Shown: in pieces, positions 21,090 through 30,056 of the stretch
How positions within the stretch are numbered: position 1 is the stretch's first letter
Layout: the number at the start of each line of letters is the position of its first letter
Source of the DNA: a virus
Taxonomy: Duplodnaviria > Caudoviricetes
Length of the DNA: 35,747 nt
Virus record (IMG/VR): IMGVR_UViG_3300033067_001185
Location: 1-35,747 of that record
Strand: one strand, 5' to 3'
Notes under the pieces: generated by a model
What the model was told of the DNA's origin: nothing
Database searches by the model: none
What the model saw: the letters and a program-made list of their open reading frames with translations, nothing else
Position numbers and translations under genes: made by a program

Positions 21090-23914
21090 CGGTCGTCTCC
21101 GACAGTGTAGGTCGGGAAGACACCAAGGACCGTTGCCGGATAGGGATTCGGCTGGGTGATGCAGTATTGGCCGGGGATGGTGTAGGTTGGGGAGAGCCAA
21201 GTCTTGGCATCGCCAGTAACTAGGTCCGTGACCACCTGAACCGCTTGACCAGTTAGCATCGAGGAGACATTCCCACGGACTAGGTCCTTCATCGGGACTT
21301 GGTTGTTAAAGTCGTTGCCAATGGTCAGGCCTAGAGTCTGGGAGACCCTGACATCCACCGCGGTGATCTTCTTGACCTTACCTTGGACCGATGGCTCGCC
21401 GAGTTCCAGCGCCAAGGTTTGGAGCTTACAGGTATAGGCTAGGCCAATAGTGACCTTGCTCGCTGGGGTCGGCAGGGTAAACTGCCCATTGGTCGGCATC
21501 ACAAACGGGGTGATGATCTGGCCATCGGCCAAGCCAGTGACTGTTTGCCCAGCGAGATGCTCTGCGCCTTGAAACGAGGTTGTCGCGGAGCCAGTGTATT
21601 GAAGCCCAGCATCCACGCACCAAGCATCGGCAACGCCATTGGGGAACGCCCGTTCAGCAAAGCGCTCGATGTACTTGACGGTATGGCCGTTGATGACCCG
21701 CTCGACAACGGTGTAGACCGCGTCCACGTTCCCGGCCGAAGCTGTCGATTCCGTCACGGTGCAGACCGACTTGAACAATCCATTCGTCGTCAGGTGATGC
21801 GTCCAGCCGATGAATTCCTGCTCCTTGAGGAACGTCAAGGTCAGCATCTGGCCATCATCTCTCACCGCCCAAGCCATGTAGAACGGAAGCTCGGCCCAGC
21901 CCCATTCTAGGATATTATATCCGTAGAAAAGGTGAGATGAAAGCACTGATATATCGGTGCCTGTGAATACGTTAAAATAGATATTATACGCAAGGTCTCG
22001 AACCCCCGAACCTTTCGATTGAACGTACAGGATATCGTAGTTCGCAACGATCGGCGGGACATCGTTGGCTCCAACGAATGACTGGGGATTGGCAACGATC
22101 GCAGACGGGGTAATCGCAGACCCACCGGAGCCACCGTTTACAACCCAAGAACCCTTGTCGGTGAGGATCAACATCCCGGTGGCTGAGCCGACGATGGACT
22201 TGATTGAGTTCAAGGTGCTGGAAACCAGCGTTCCGGTGATGGCATTATCCGCAGCCGCCGGTTCGGTGATGTCGAAGTTGAAGTACCTCCCCGGCTGGGA
22301 CATATGGAAAGTCTGCGGCGCCCCGGGGGCACCAGCCAAGACCAGCCGCTGCTGGACAAATGCCGGGACGGTGGGATTGCCAGAGGAGGTCGGGCCAAGG
22401 CTCGAGGTCGCGGTAGCTGTCGGGGACCCTGCGGTGAAGCTGACACTCGGGGCAGAAGCATACCCTGCGCCAGAGGTCAGCATCGTCACATAGCCCACGC
22501 CCCAAGTGAAGGAGCCAGTGCAACCGGTCCCTGAGCCAGAAGTCGAGACCTGTGCCACAGGGTTGCTAGGGACCACCCCAGAGCTAATCCCACCGGGGTT
22601 GACTGTGGACCAAGCCGTAACCGCTCCGGCCGAGACATTGGTCACCTGCATGATAACCGAATTGCCGAAGTTGATGGTATCGCCAATGGCATATCCAGAG
22701 CCACCGGCAGAGATAGTCGGCGGATAGGTAACGTATTCGGACTGAAGTGTGGCGATAGCCGTCGCCGGGATCGATGGCGATCCGCCGAAGGTCACAGTTG
22801 GGACTGAGGTATAAACCCCGACGCCAGTGACCGTAACCGAAGCCACGCCTGAGCCTACGAATGGGTTCTGGGATATCGGCGGGGCTAGGGAGAAGTCCGG
22901 GCCAATGTTAGAGTCGATGAACGTGGTCCCGGTACAGGTTCCGATGAATCCGTAGTTGACCCCAGACGGCACTACGCCGAAGTAAGACACTGTGGATTCG
23001 TAGATGTTGTAGCCTACGGCACCGGCGACTGCGGACCAAGTGATTGAGTTCGACCCAGCGACCGACCGAATGTCCTGCTTCGAGGCCAAGGACCCGGCCG
23101 TTGACGGTGAGGATTCCTGCCCGGTGGAGTCGATCGAGGTTACAACATAAGAATAGTTCGTTGACCCTGCCGCCAGAGTCGTGGTAATTGTCGGTGTTCC
23201 CGGCGCAGGGACTGTGGCCCCGATTACCGCAGGGGTCAAGGTCCAGTTCGTCGCGGTGATTAGGTTCAGAACATAGACCGGGTGGTTCGGATGGCAGAGG
23301 ATCATCTCGTTGATCGACTGAGTGAACTTAATCAACCGCAGGTCGTCAGCCGAGGTATATGGCGAGACGATAGTGTAAACCCGGGCCACGGTGCCGCCAG
23401 AGGTGTAGGTTGAGAACCCAGTGGAGTTAATCGCAGTGCCGTTCAAGTCACCGAGGGTAATGCTCGATCCCGACGCCGCGATCACCGAGAAGTATCGGCC
23501 GTTGACCTGAGTCATTCCACCGACGCCGGTGATGTAAACCCAATCCCCGACTGCGTAGGTGTTCGTCACCGAGACCACACAGGGATTGGCCTTGGTGATC
23601 CCGGTAATGTTCAGCGCGGTCTCGAGAATCGGCGAGCCTTGGTAGATGAACCGAATATACCCATTGCCGAATTCCAGAACATACCCAACGTTGAACGAGG
23701 CTTGGAAGGAAATCAACCGAACCGAAGTCGAGGACTTGTAGGCTTGGATAATGTACTTGGTCCCGGTCCGAGTGCTAGCGCCACCCCGGTAGTCCACAAA
23801 GAAGTTCTCGAGCAGCGCCGCGCCGGATTTGTATTTCTGCATATCCACGCGGGCGTTGAGATGCGGAGACCACTCACCAGCGTTGAATGAAGCTTGAACT
23901 GCTACGTCAGACAT
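21086..23914 (-). CDS. Tail tubular protein B / nozzle with inserted beta-rich domains
   Basis: QASFNAGEWSP N-terminus, LEFGNGYIRF, ITGITKANPCVV (FCCH-like), QQRLVLAG, IGWTHH. Confidence 0.85.
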   Translation of the reverse strand: MSDVAVQASFNAGEWSPHLNARVDMQKYKSGAALLENFFVDYRGGASTRTGTKYIIQAYKSSTSVRLISFQASFNVGYVLEFGNGYIRFIYQGSPILETALNITGITKANPCVVSVTNTYAVGDWVYITGVGGMTQVNGRYFSVIAASGSSITLGDLNGTAINSTGFSTYTSGGTVARVYTIVSPYTSADDLRLIKFTQSINEMILCHPNHPVYVLNLITATNWTLTPAVIGATVPAPGTPTITTTLAAGSTNYSYVVTSIDSTGQESSPSTAGSLASKQDIRSVAGSNSITWSAVAGAVGYNIYESTVSYFGVVPSGVNYGFIGTCTGTTFIDSNIGPDFSLAPPISQNPFVGSGVASVTVTGVGVYTSVPTVTFGGSPSIPATAIATLQSEYVTYPPTISAGGSGYAIGDTINFGNSVIMQVTNVSAGAVTAWSTVNPGGISSGVVPSNPVAQVSTSGSGTGCTGSFTWGVGYVTMLTSGAGYASAPSVSFTAGSPTATATSSLGPTSSGNPTVPAFVQQRLVLAGAPGAPQTFHMSQPGRYFNFDITEPAAADNAITGTLVSSTLNSIKSIVGSATGMLILTDKGSWVVNGGSGGSAITPSAIVANPQSFVGANDVPPIVANYDILYVQSKGSGVRDLAYNIYFNVFTGTDISVLSSHLFYGYNILEWGWAELPFYMAWAVRDDGQMLTLTFLKEQEFIGWTHHLTTNGLFKSVCTVTESTASAGNVDAVYTVVERVINGHTVKYIERFAERAFPNGVADAWCVDAGLQYTGSATTSFQGAEHLAGQTVTGLADGQIITPFVMPTNGQFTLPTPASKVTIGLAYTCKLQTLALELGEPSVQGKVKKITAVDVRVSQTLGLTIGNDFNNQVPMKDLVRGNVSSMLTGQAVQVVTDLVTGDAKTWLSPTYTIPGQYCITQPNPYPATVLGVFPTYTVGDDR
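21907..22062 (-). CDS. Candidate nested (+1 frame) 51-aa protein inside the nozzle gene
   Basis: GGAG 6 nt before ATG 22062; coincides with an AT-rich patch about 21905-22030. Confidence 0.35.
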   Translation of the reverse strand: MSRRSLRTTISCTFNRKVRGFETLRIISILTYSQAPIYQCFHLTFSTDIIS

Positions 23915-23917
23915 GGA

Positions 23918-25003
23918 TCACCCATACTGCGGCCACATCGAACCCCATTCGAAGCCTTGGTAAGGGCCAGAGGGAGAGTTCGGCATATCAATCCCGCGGA
24001 ATCGAATCCAGTCCGGGGTAACGTCGTTGATCGTCAGGCCTTCATTCCCATCGACATTCCTCGCCCGCTCAATCATTCGGTTGGCTTCATTGATCGCGCC
24101 ATTGGCGATCTTCTTATCCCCGGTCAGGGCCATGGTGATCGTCGCACCAAGGACCTTGGCCCAAGCATCTTGGAACAGGTCGTCCATGATGTTCGGGTCA
24201 GTGATGTTCTGGCAGTAGACGAGGGTGGCGAATTCTTGGTTGCAGAGGACGACCCGCTGCGAGGCTTGTGCGCCGAAAGTTAGATTGAAGGTCGCACCAG
24301 TGCCAGAGCCGGTTGACGATCCCTGCGCCACCGGATTGGCCTGCGGCTGGAAGTAGCTCCCACCAAACGGCACCGTGGCATTCGGCAGAACGGAGATAAC
24401 AGAGACAGCCGAAACCACACCCGCAGGCGCTGCGGTCACAAGAAGCTGGGCCGGTGCGCCGATCGGCGGGTTGGTGTTGGCTCCAGCGACCAGCGTGATG
24501 ATATCGCCAACTGCGTAGCCAGACCCACCCGAAGCTACAGCCGCCGCGGTCACCGGATAGAACTGATCGTTCTGAACTTTGAACTTCACCGCTGGGCCAA
24601 GCCAGAAGCTCGGGGCGCCGCCAGTCACGGCTGTGGTGATTGGCACACCACCAGCGTAACCAGTCTGTGTCGCAGGGATGATCCAGCAGGCCCGGAGACA
24701 ATCCACCGGGTATTGGTATTCATAGGCCCACGGAGGGGAGGGCTGCCCCGGCTGCCACAGTGTCGTGGCCGCTGAGGTATTCTCCGGGGTCCCCGGCGTT
24801 GAAGAGATGTAAACCAAATTCATGGTCTTCAACGCCGAGTCCCACGGAGCCATCCGGATCAACTGCCGGCGAATGGAGTCCGCCACGAGGTTGATCTGAA
24901 TAGCTTCGTTGGTGGTATTACCGGCAAGCTCCGCATCGGTGACAGTCGTCCGCGTACCGGGAACTTGCAACGCGCGGTTGGCGATATCTGTTAAGGTAGT
25001 AAT
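23918..25003 (-). CDS. Head-tail adaptor / tail tubular protein A, probable ATT start
   Basis: Reading from ATT 25003 gives (M)TTLTDIANRALQVPG, the usual adaptor N-terminus; GGGAGG 5 nt upstream; WAYEYQYPVDCLR motif. Confidence 0.8.
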   Translation of the reverse strand: MTTLTDIANRALQVPGTRTTVTDAELAGNTTNEAIQINLVADSIRRQLIRMAPWDSALKTMNLVYISSTPGTPENTSAATTLWQPGQPSPPWAYEYQYPVDCLRACWIIPATQTGYAGGVPITTAVTGGAPSFWLGPAVKFKVQNDQFYPVTAAAVASGGSGYAVGDIITLVAGANTNPPIGAPAQLLVTAAPAGVVSAVSVISVLPNATVPFGGSYFQPQANPVAQGSSTGSGTGATFNLTFGAQASQRVVLCNQEFATLVYCQNITDPNIMDDLFQDAWAKVLGATITMALTGDKKIANGAINEANRMIERARNVDGNEGLTINDVTPDWIRFRGIDMPNSPSGPYQGFEWGSMWPQYG

Positions 25004-25509
25004 GGCAGCCTCCCATGTTCTCCATGGAATTGAAGGATAGCATCTTGTGCTGCTTCAACTGCGTCTTCCATATCAGAATAGCAGCCAATATGCAAACCAG
25101 ACACGCGAACTCTGAACTTACCCGAAGGCAAGATGTCAATGCACTTTATTCCAGATGAACTATTGCATTGTGCATTTCTATTGAACATATTTTGTTGATG
25201 GGTAACTTTTCTAAGATTGTCCCATGAGTTATTGAAATGACACAAATCTATATGATCTATTTCATCGTCATCAGTTAGGATATCATCAGCTACCATTGCA
25301 TAGATAATGCGATGGACAGCATAGCTAATTCCATTCAACCTCACACCAAGTCCGTTAGAATTTGGCGTACCGACTACCTTCCCGGCAAATCTAGAGTTGA
25401 CGCATGCAGGTACATCATCACGAGATTTCCAATAAAGATCACCAGATTCAGGATCGTAAGTGAACGTCCTATTCAGGTATTCTTTGGAAGGTAGTCGATT
25501 AGCCTTCAT
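24991..25509 (-). CDS. Free-standing HNH homing endonuclease with AP2-like C-terminus
   Basis: YDPESGDLYW, HRIIYAM, IDHIDLCHFNNSWDNLRKVTHQQN, HIGCY...AVEA...FHGE; AT-rich. Confidence 0.85.
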   Translation of the reverse strand: MKANRLPSKEYLNRTFTYDPESGDLYWKSRDDVPACVNSRFAGKVVGTPNSNGLGVRLNGISYAVHRIIYAMVADDILTDDDEIDHIDLCHFNNSWDNLRKVTHQQNMFNRNAQCNSSSGIKCIDILPSGKFRVRVSGLHIGCYSDMEDAVEAAQDAILQFHGEHGRLPLLP

Positions 25510-25512
25510 GGC

Positions 25513-25671
25513 TTATCTTCCTTTCGGACCAGACTGAGTTCCACAATTGCCGTGGTTGTCACCGCCACCGAGCCCGGGCTTTTCATAGTTGATGGACTTC
25601 GGCCCTACCGGCGGGGAATACGGCCGATCCTTTTTCTCTGGCTTCCCGCCATCGCGTGTCATCTTGCTCAT
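25513..25671 (-). CDS. 52-aa basic Gly/Pro-rich protein
   Basis: Not in ORF track. MSKMTRDGGKPEKKDRPYSPPVGPKSINYEKPGLGGGDNHGNCGTQSGPKGR; TGATG coupling. Confidence 0.55.
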   Translation of the reverse strand: MSKMTRDGGKPEKKDRPYSPPVGPKSINYEKPGLGGGDNHGNCGTQSGPKGR

Positions 25672-25880
25672 CAGTGCTTCCCCTGCGATCCGCGTTTGTG
25701 ATTAGATGCGACGGCCCGGGGCGCTTCGTACCCCCGACCCTTGTACAGTTCCTTCGTCTCGGGATGCGTTCTCACTCTGTGCAGCCCAATCCCAGAGACC
25801 TTGTCCAGACTCACTTCCCGAGACTTCGGCTCGGTCTTCATCTGGCCCGGGGCCGATCGGCCCGGATGCTTCTGATTCAT
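25671..25880 (-). CDS. 69-aa basic protein
   Basis: AAGGAG SD before ATG 25880; ends NHKRGSQGKH. Confidence 0.6.
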   Translation of the reverse strand: MNQKHPGRSAPGQMKTEPKSREVSLDKVSGIGLHRVRTHPETKELYKGRGYEAPRAVASNHKRGSQGKH

Positions 25881-26253
25881 CGCTTTCTCCTTTTGGTGCC
25901 ATGAGTTCGCGGGAGTGATCCCAGCGATTCTTCGGATCGCTAGCCATCTCCCGGCGGACCTTCTCGAACGCCCCGCCATCGAGATGAAGCTGTTCCAGAA
26001 GCTGGCGCAGGCGATCATCACAGCGTTCGAGTTCACGCATTACATAGGCCGGAACCTCGAGCCCATGTTCCACAAACATGTTCTTCACGTCGTGCATGTC
26101 ATGGAGGTACATGACAAACCGACGCATCTTTTCTGGCACCTCGGACTCGGCTTCGTGAATCGCATTCACGACCTTGGAGACAAGCTGCCGGATGGTTGTA
26201 AGTTCCCGAGAGCATCGCTCGAGATAGACTTCTGGCTTATGGTAATCGGACAT
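25702..26253 (-). CDS. Hypothetical helical protein
   Basis: GGAGG SD, TAATG coupling with the HNH stop; 3' tail overlaps the next gene. Confidence 0.7.
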   Translation of the reverse strand: MSDYHKPEVYLERCSRELTTIRQLVSKVVNAIHEAESEVPEKMRRFVMYLHDMHDVKNMFVEHGLEVPAYVMRELERCDDRLRQLLEQLHLDGGAFEKVRREMASDPKNRWDHSRELMAPKGESDESEASGPIGPGPDEDRAEVSGSESGQGLWDWAAQSENASRDEGTVQGSGVRSAPGRRI

Positions 26254-26690
26254 TATAAGTGCCTCCATTGCCTACGGAGTTTTATATTGGTTATGGTTTT
26301 TGGATCAACGTTAAACTTCTCTGCTATTTCATATTGGAATAGATTATCTTCATCACATAATTTACGTATCTCTAAGACTTCCTCATCTGTTAATTTTGAT
26401 GTCCCATTATCCATACCTTTTGCCTGTCTATTCTTATTGACCTTGTCCGTCATATTATCCTGCTGAGACCCAATAAACAGATGAGCTGGGTTCACGCAGA
26501 ATCCATTGTCACAAGTATGCAAAACTTGCTCGCCCATTGGAATATCATCACAGTGAAGTGTGTATGAAAATCTATGAGCAAGCCAAGTCTTACCATCTAC
26601 GACAACAAATCCATACCGATCGTTGCAAGCACCAAGCCAACGCCAGCATCCTGATTCTAGTACGGAAATCTTATCATAGAACTTTTTCAT
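26253..26690 (-). CDS. Free-standing HNH homing endonuclease with C-terminal HTH
   Basis: GCWRW, AHRFSY, VLHTCDNGFCVNPAHL, KLTDEEVLEIR...IAEKFNV; AT-rich. Confidence 0.85.
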   Translation of the reverse strand: MKKFYDKISVLESGCWRWLGACNDRYGFVVVDGKTWLAHRFSYTLHCDDIPMGEQVLHTCDNGFCVNPAHLFIGSQQDNMTDKVNKNRQAKGMDNGTSKLTDEEVLEIRKLCDEDNLFQYEIAEKFNVDPKTITNIKLRRQWRHL

Positions 26691-27061
26691 AAGTTGCTAT
26701 CCATCACGGTGAGTGGATTGGTAGTCTCAGCGCCAGTGACGGCCAGAGCCTGCCATGCGCCTTGGCATTCCCCTTCGACAGCAAGGGTGCCGCCATTGGC
26801 ATAGACCCGAAAGGTCCCGCCAAGGGCAGCGTTGCTTGGAGTCAGGGTGACGCTTGAGCCAGTTGTCTGGACCAGCACCGGGGAGATGAAGATATCATAA
26901 CTCCCCGGGTTGTGGAACATGATCTTCTGGCGCTGGGTATTGGCCGGAGCCACCAAGGTGTTGGTGGTCTCGTTGATGTTGTTGAAGGCATAGACCTTAC
27001 CGCCACTGGCCGAGGAGAATGCTAGTGGCGATCCGGGGCCGGTGGCGATAAGTCCCATCAC
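26687..27061 (-). CDS. Putative virion structural beta-rich protein
   Basis: Coupled in the head module; Thr/Gly/Asn-rich. Confidence 0.65.
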   Translation of the reverse strand: MMGLIATGPGSPLAFSSASGGKVYAFNNINETTNTLVAPANTQRQKIMFHNPGSYDIFISPVLVQTTGSSVTLTPSNAALGGTFRVYANGGTLAVEGECQGAWQALAVTGAETTNPLTVMDSNL

Positions 27062-27546
27062 GCCCTCCGTTCGATGAGTTTCTGGTTGGTCTCAACCAGC
27101 TTGCCGATTGCCGATGTGAGGTCGGCAAGGCCCGGGACCTCGGCCGCTGCGGAGGTCTTCTCCGCAAGCTGCTCTTGGAACCGGTCGATCAGAGACTGCG
27201 AATAGGTCTCGTTGCCCTCGGGCTTATATCGCCAGAGTTCAGCGAAGCCCGCCGAGATTTCCTCGGCCTCGGAGTCCACCGGCTGCATGTCCGGGGTGGG
27301 ATCGCCATGGAAGACGATATCCGTGGAGTCACCTTTGCCTTCCCAGCAGACGATGACTTCGCCGTCTTCGTCGTCCTTCCGGCCCCAGCGCTTGGTCCAG
27401 CTAGACGGATCGCGAGGGTCGAGGAGGCGAGGGACCCGGAACTTGGTCCTACGCGGCCGACCGGTCTGCCGATCGGTCTCTTGGTATTCCCATTCCTCGC
27501 CATCGACATTGAGATAGTGAGGAGTCATGAGCTTCCATCTGGCCAT
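27058..27546 (-). CDS. Conserved-looking hypothetical protein of the head module
   Basis: AGGAG SD, TAATG coupling; MARWKLMTPHYLNV...GDPTPDMQPVD. Confidence 0.7.
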   Translation of the reverse strand: MARWKLMTPHYLNVDGEEWEYQETDRQTGRPRRTKFRVPRLLDPRDPSSWTKRWGRKDDEDGEVIVCWEGKGDSTDIVFHGDPTPDMQPVDSEAEEISAGFAELWRYKPEGNETYSQSLIDRFQEQLAEKTSAAAEVPGLADLTSAIGKLVETNQKLIERRA

Positions 27547-27683
27547 TACGGACTCTCCTGCCATTCCATGTTGATGATCGAGTTGATCTGGCCGACCTGA
27601 GGAACAACATTGACCTGCGCGAGGGCCGAAGCCCCCGCCAGAGCCAGCGCTGCCCCTGCAAGAAGAATCTTACGAAGGGTCAT
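27546..27683 (-). CDS. 45-aa Sec-signal peptide mini-protein
   Basis: GAGGA SD; MTLRKILLAGAALALAGASALA-QVNVVPQVGQINSIINMEWQESP. Confidence 0.6.
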   Translation of the reverse strand: MTLRKILLAGAALALAGASALAQVNVVPQVGQINSIINMEWQESP

Positions 27684-27693
27684 GGGAGGTTCC

Positions 27694-28251
27694 TCAGTTC
27701 GCGATAGTGATGCCAGCCGGATAGCCCGAGTAGGCGCCACCCGTGCCCATGATCTGATCGTCACGATCGATAACGATATTGCATTCGATGGCGCCCGCGG
27801 AATGGGTGCCGACCGAGATGAAGTTCAGCTTCAGGAACCGGGGGATCGGCTGGCCGAACACGACACGCGGGATGCCGATGTTGGCAAGCTGAGCACCGGC
27901 CACGAGGGAGGCCTCAGCGATAGCCGCCGAAGTCCACATCGTGGTGTAGGAGCCCGGAGCGCCGGAGCCGTTGTCCGGGGCGCCCTGAAGCTGAAGCTGA
28001 AGGCTGGTGCCGACCGTGAAGGCCGTCGTGACAATCGCCGAGAGCTTCAGCGAGGGATCGTCGCCAACGCCGATGTCACGAGCGCCGCCACCATTGGCCG
28101 ACGACGGAACGCCAGAAGCGACGCCGAGGTCAATGATGTTCGACGCAGCCTGAGTGCCGGTCGTGGGGGCGTCGGTCTGTGCCCCGGAAGTAATGCCACC
28201 GGTGGCGCCGTTCGACGTGCCGGTGAAGGTGAGAAGTCCGTCCAAAATCAT
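27694..28251 (-). CDS. Capsid cement protein (Bbp16-like)
   Basis: MILDGLLTF...SNIIDLG...RDIGVGD...RFLKLNF; directly after the capsid gene. Confidence 0.75.
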   Translation of the reverse strand: MILDGLLTFTGTSNGATGGITSGAQTDAPTTGTQAASNIIDLGVASGVPSSANGGGARDIGVGDDPSLKLSAIVTTAFTVGTSLQLQLQGAPDNGSGAPGSYTTMWTSAAIAEASLVAGAQLANIGIPRVVFGQPIPRFLKLNFISVGTHSAGAIECNIVIDRDDQIMGTGGAYSGYPAGITIAN

Positions 28252-28288
28252 AGCTATACTCCTTGTTGAGGTTTCGGCGAGGAGAGGA

Positions 28289-29332
28289 CTAGGTCACCTG
28301 CGCTTCGTTGGACAGGATCGCGTCGCAGGTGCGGCAGGGGATGCCACGGAACGTGGTGACGACCTTGCCGTCGAACTCGTCGAGGCGGAGCAGGACGTTG
28401 GTCTTGTTCATCGCCTGAAGGTCGAGGTAGGTGCGAACCACGCGGTTGGCGTAGATCACCGTGCGGCCCTGCGTAGCGCGGACTTCCGGGGTGTCGGAGG
28501 TCTGGACAGCCGTGGCCGTCGCGGGCGTCGTCGGCAGGCGATAGAGCCCACGGACGAGGAGGTTGATGAGGTTCGCAGCCGAGACACCAGTCAGCTGAGT
28601 GACATCGATGTTCGCAATGCGGACCTGATAACGCCAGTCACGCAGGACCATACCGATTTCCCACTTGAAGTGGTCGCGGTAGGCCTGATAGGTGTTCCCT
28701 GCGGAATCCTGAACCGGCCACTCGCCCATGTCACGATGCTGGAGGCCCGTGATCTTGCCCTTCGGGAAGGTACCATGCAGGGTGTCATTGCCCCACGTGG
28801 TGATCCAGATCGAAGTGTTGGTCGAGGAGGCGCCACCAGCGTCAAGGACGTTGTTGGCCGTCTGCGAGTTCGAGGTGTTCTTGGTGGAGTACCTAGGGGC
28901 AAGGCCCGTGAACCGTTCCGGGTTCGTGTGCTGGTTGCCATAGATGATCGTCGCAGCGACCTGCTGGGACATGCCTTCGAGGAACGCGCGAACTTCGGAG
29001 AGCCGGAACTCAGCGGTGTTGCCGTTGAGGTCAGCGATGTCCTTGTCGATCACCGCGTAGGTCTCGAGGTTGCCGCAGGTATCGACGATCTGCGCGGTCG
29101 TTGACTTGGCATTTGGGACGCCGGTGTTCAGCAAGCGCCACGTTGCCTGAGGCAGGCCGGTGCGGACGGTGGTTTTGTGCCCCGTCGGCAGGTTGCCTTC
29201 CATGACGAGCATGTCGTCGAGGATTTCGTTCGTCTGCGAAAGCAGTTCGATGATGGAAGCGACGCGGTATCCGTCGTCCATACGCTTGGCCCAATCCGCG
29301 TAGGTAAGGGCCACAGAGCCAATAGTTGCCAT
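28289..29332 (-). CDS. Major capsid protein (BPP-1/epsilon15-like)
   Basis: ELLSQTNEILDDM, RTGLPQATWR, FTGLAPRY, RDWRYQVRIANID, FRGIPCRTCDAIL. Confidence 0.92.
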   Translation of the reverse strand: MATIGSVALTYADWAKRMDDGYRVASIIELLSQTNEILDDMLVMEGNLPTGHKTTVRTGLPQATWRLLNTGVPNAKSTTAQIVDTCGNLETYAVIDKDIADLNGNTAEFRLSEVRAFLEGMSQQVAATIIYGNQHTNPERFTGLAPRYSTKNTSNSQTANNVLDAGGASSTNTSIWITTWGNDTLHGTFPKGKITGLQHRDMGEWPVQDSAGNTYQAYRDHFKWEIGMVLRDWRYQVRIANIDVTQLTGVSAANLINLLVRGLYRLPTTPATATAVQTSDTPEVRATQGRTVIYANRVVRTYLDLQAMNKTNVLLRLDEFDGKVVTTFRGIPCRTCDAILSNEAQVT

Positions 29333-29402
29333 AGGTTAAGTTCCTTTCAGGTGAGGTCCGCGGACTGGTCTGGCGATTGCGTTCATCCTCTCTGAGGCCC
29401 AG

Positions 29403-30056
29403 TTACGACGGAAGATTGGGGTACATTGCCGAGGCCATTGACGGCCGGGAGACATTGCCAGTCGCGGACTGGCCATGCTTCGAAGGACCGGAACCCGAGA
29501 CATGGGTCCCTTCGTTTACCATCTGGGCCAGCTTGTAGAAAGCCTTGACGACCGCAGGATGGTCTCCGGCGCCGGTGATGTCCAAGGCCTCACGAAGGGC
29601 TTTGGATTCCTCGGCGGGAAGCTGAGCAAAGGCCTTGCCGATTTCGGCCTTCACGGATTCGATCTTGGAACCGAGTTCCTTATCGGCCATGACTTGGTTG
29701 CGCCAGTCAGCGCGGACAGTGTTGATGGCCTCGGCGTCCTTGGTCGCGGCATCGCCAGAGACCTTAGTGTAGAAATCTACGAGCTTCTGGGCACCAGCTT
29801 GGTCGAGCCCAAGTTCGCGGAAGATGGGGGTGGCACTGTCGATGAGCGCCGCGTCGAGGGTCTGGCCCTCGGGGACAGTGAATTCGTATTTGTCTGGGAC
29901 GACGGGGGTGGAAGATTCAGTGGTGGTAGCTGCGGCATCTTTGATTTCACCTGTAGATGTCCTCGCGTCCGGCGAGTTCGCCAGTGGCGCGGTCGTCTGC
30001 TCCGTCGTCGTAGTCTCCGTCGTCGTCGCCGGAGTTGTCGTCGTCTCTTCGGTCAT
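29403..30056 (-). CDS. Capsid scaffolding protein
   Basis: Low-complexity N-terminus, PDKYEF, TGAGDHPAVVKAF, ends AMYPNL; precedes capsid gene. Confidence 0.75.
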   Translation of the reverse strand: MTEETTTTPATTTETTTTEQTTAPLANSPDARTSTGEIKDAAATTTESSTPVVPDKYEFTVPEGQTLDAALIDSATPIFRELGLDQAGAQKLVDFYTKVSGDAATKDAEAINTVRADWRNQVMADKELGSKIESVKAEIGKAFAQLPAEESKALREALDITGAGDHPAVVKAFYKLAQMVNEGTHVSGSGPSKHGQSATGNVSRPSMASAMYPNLPS

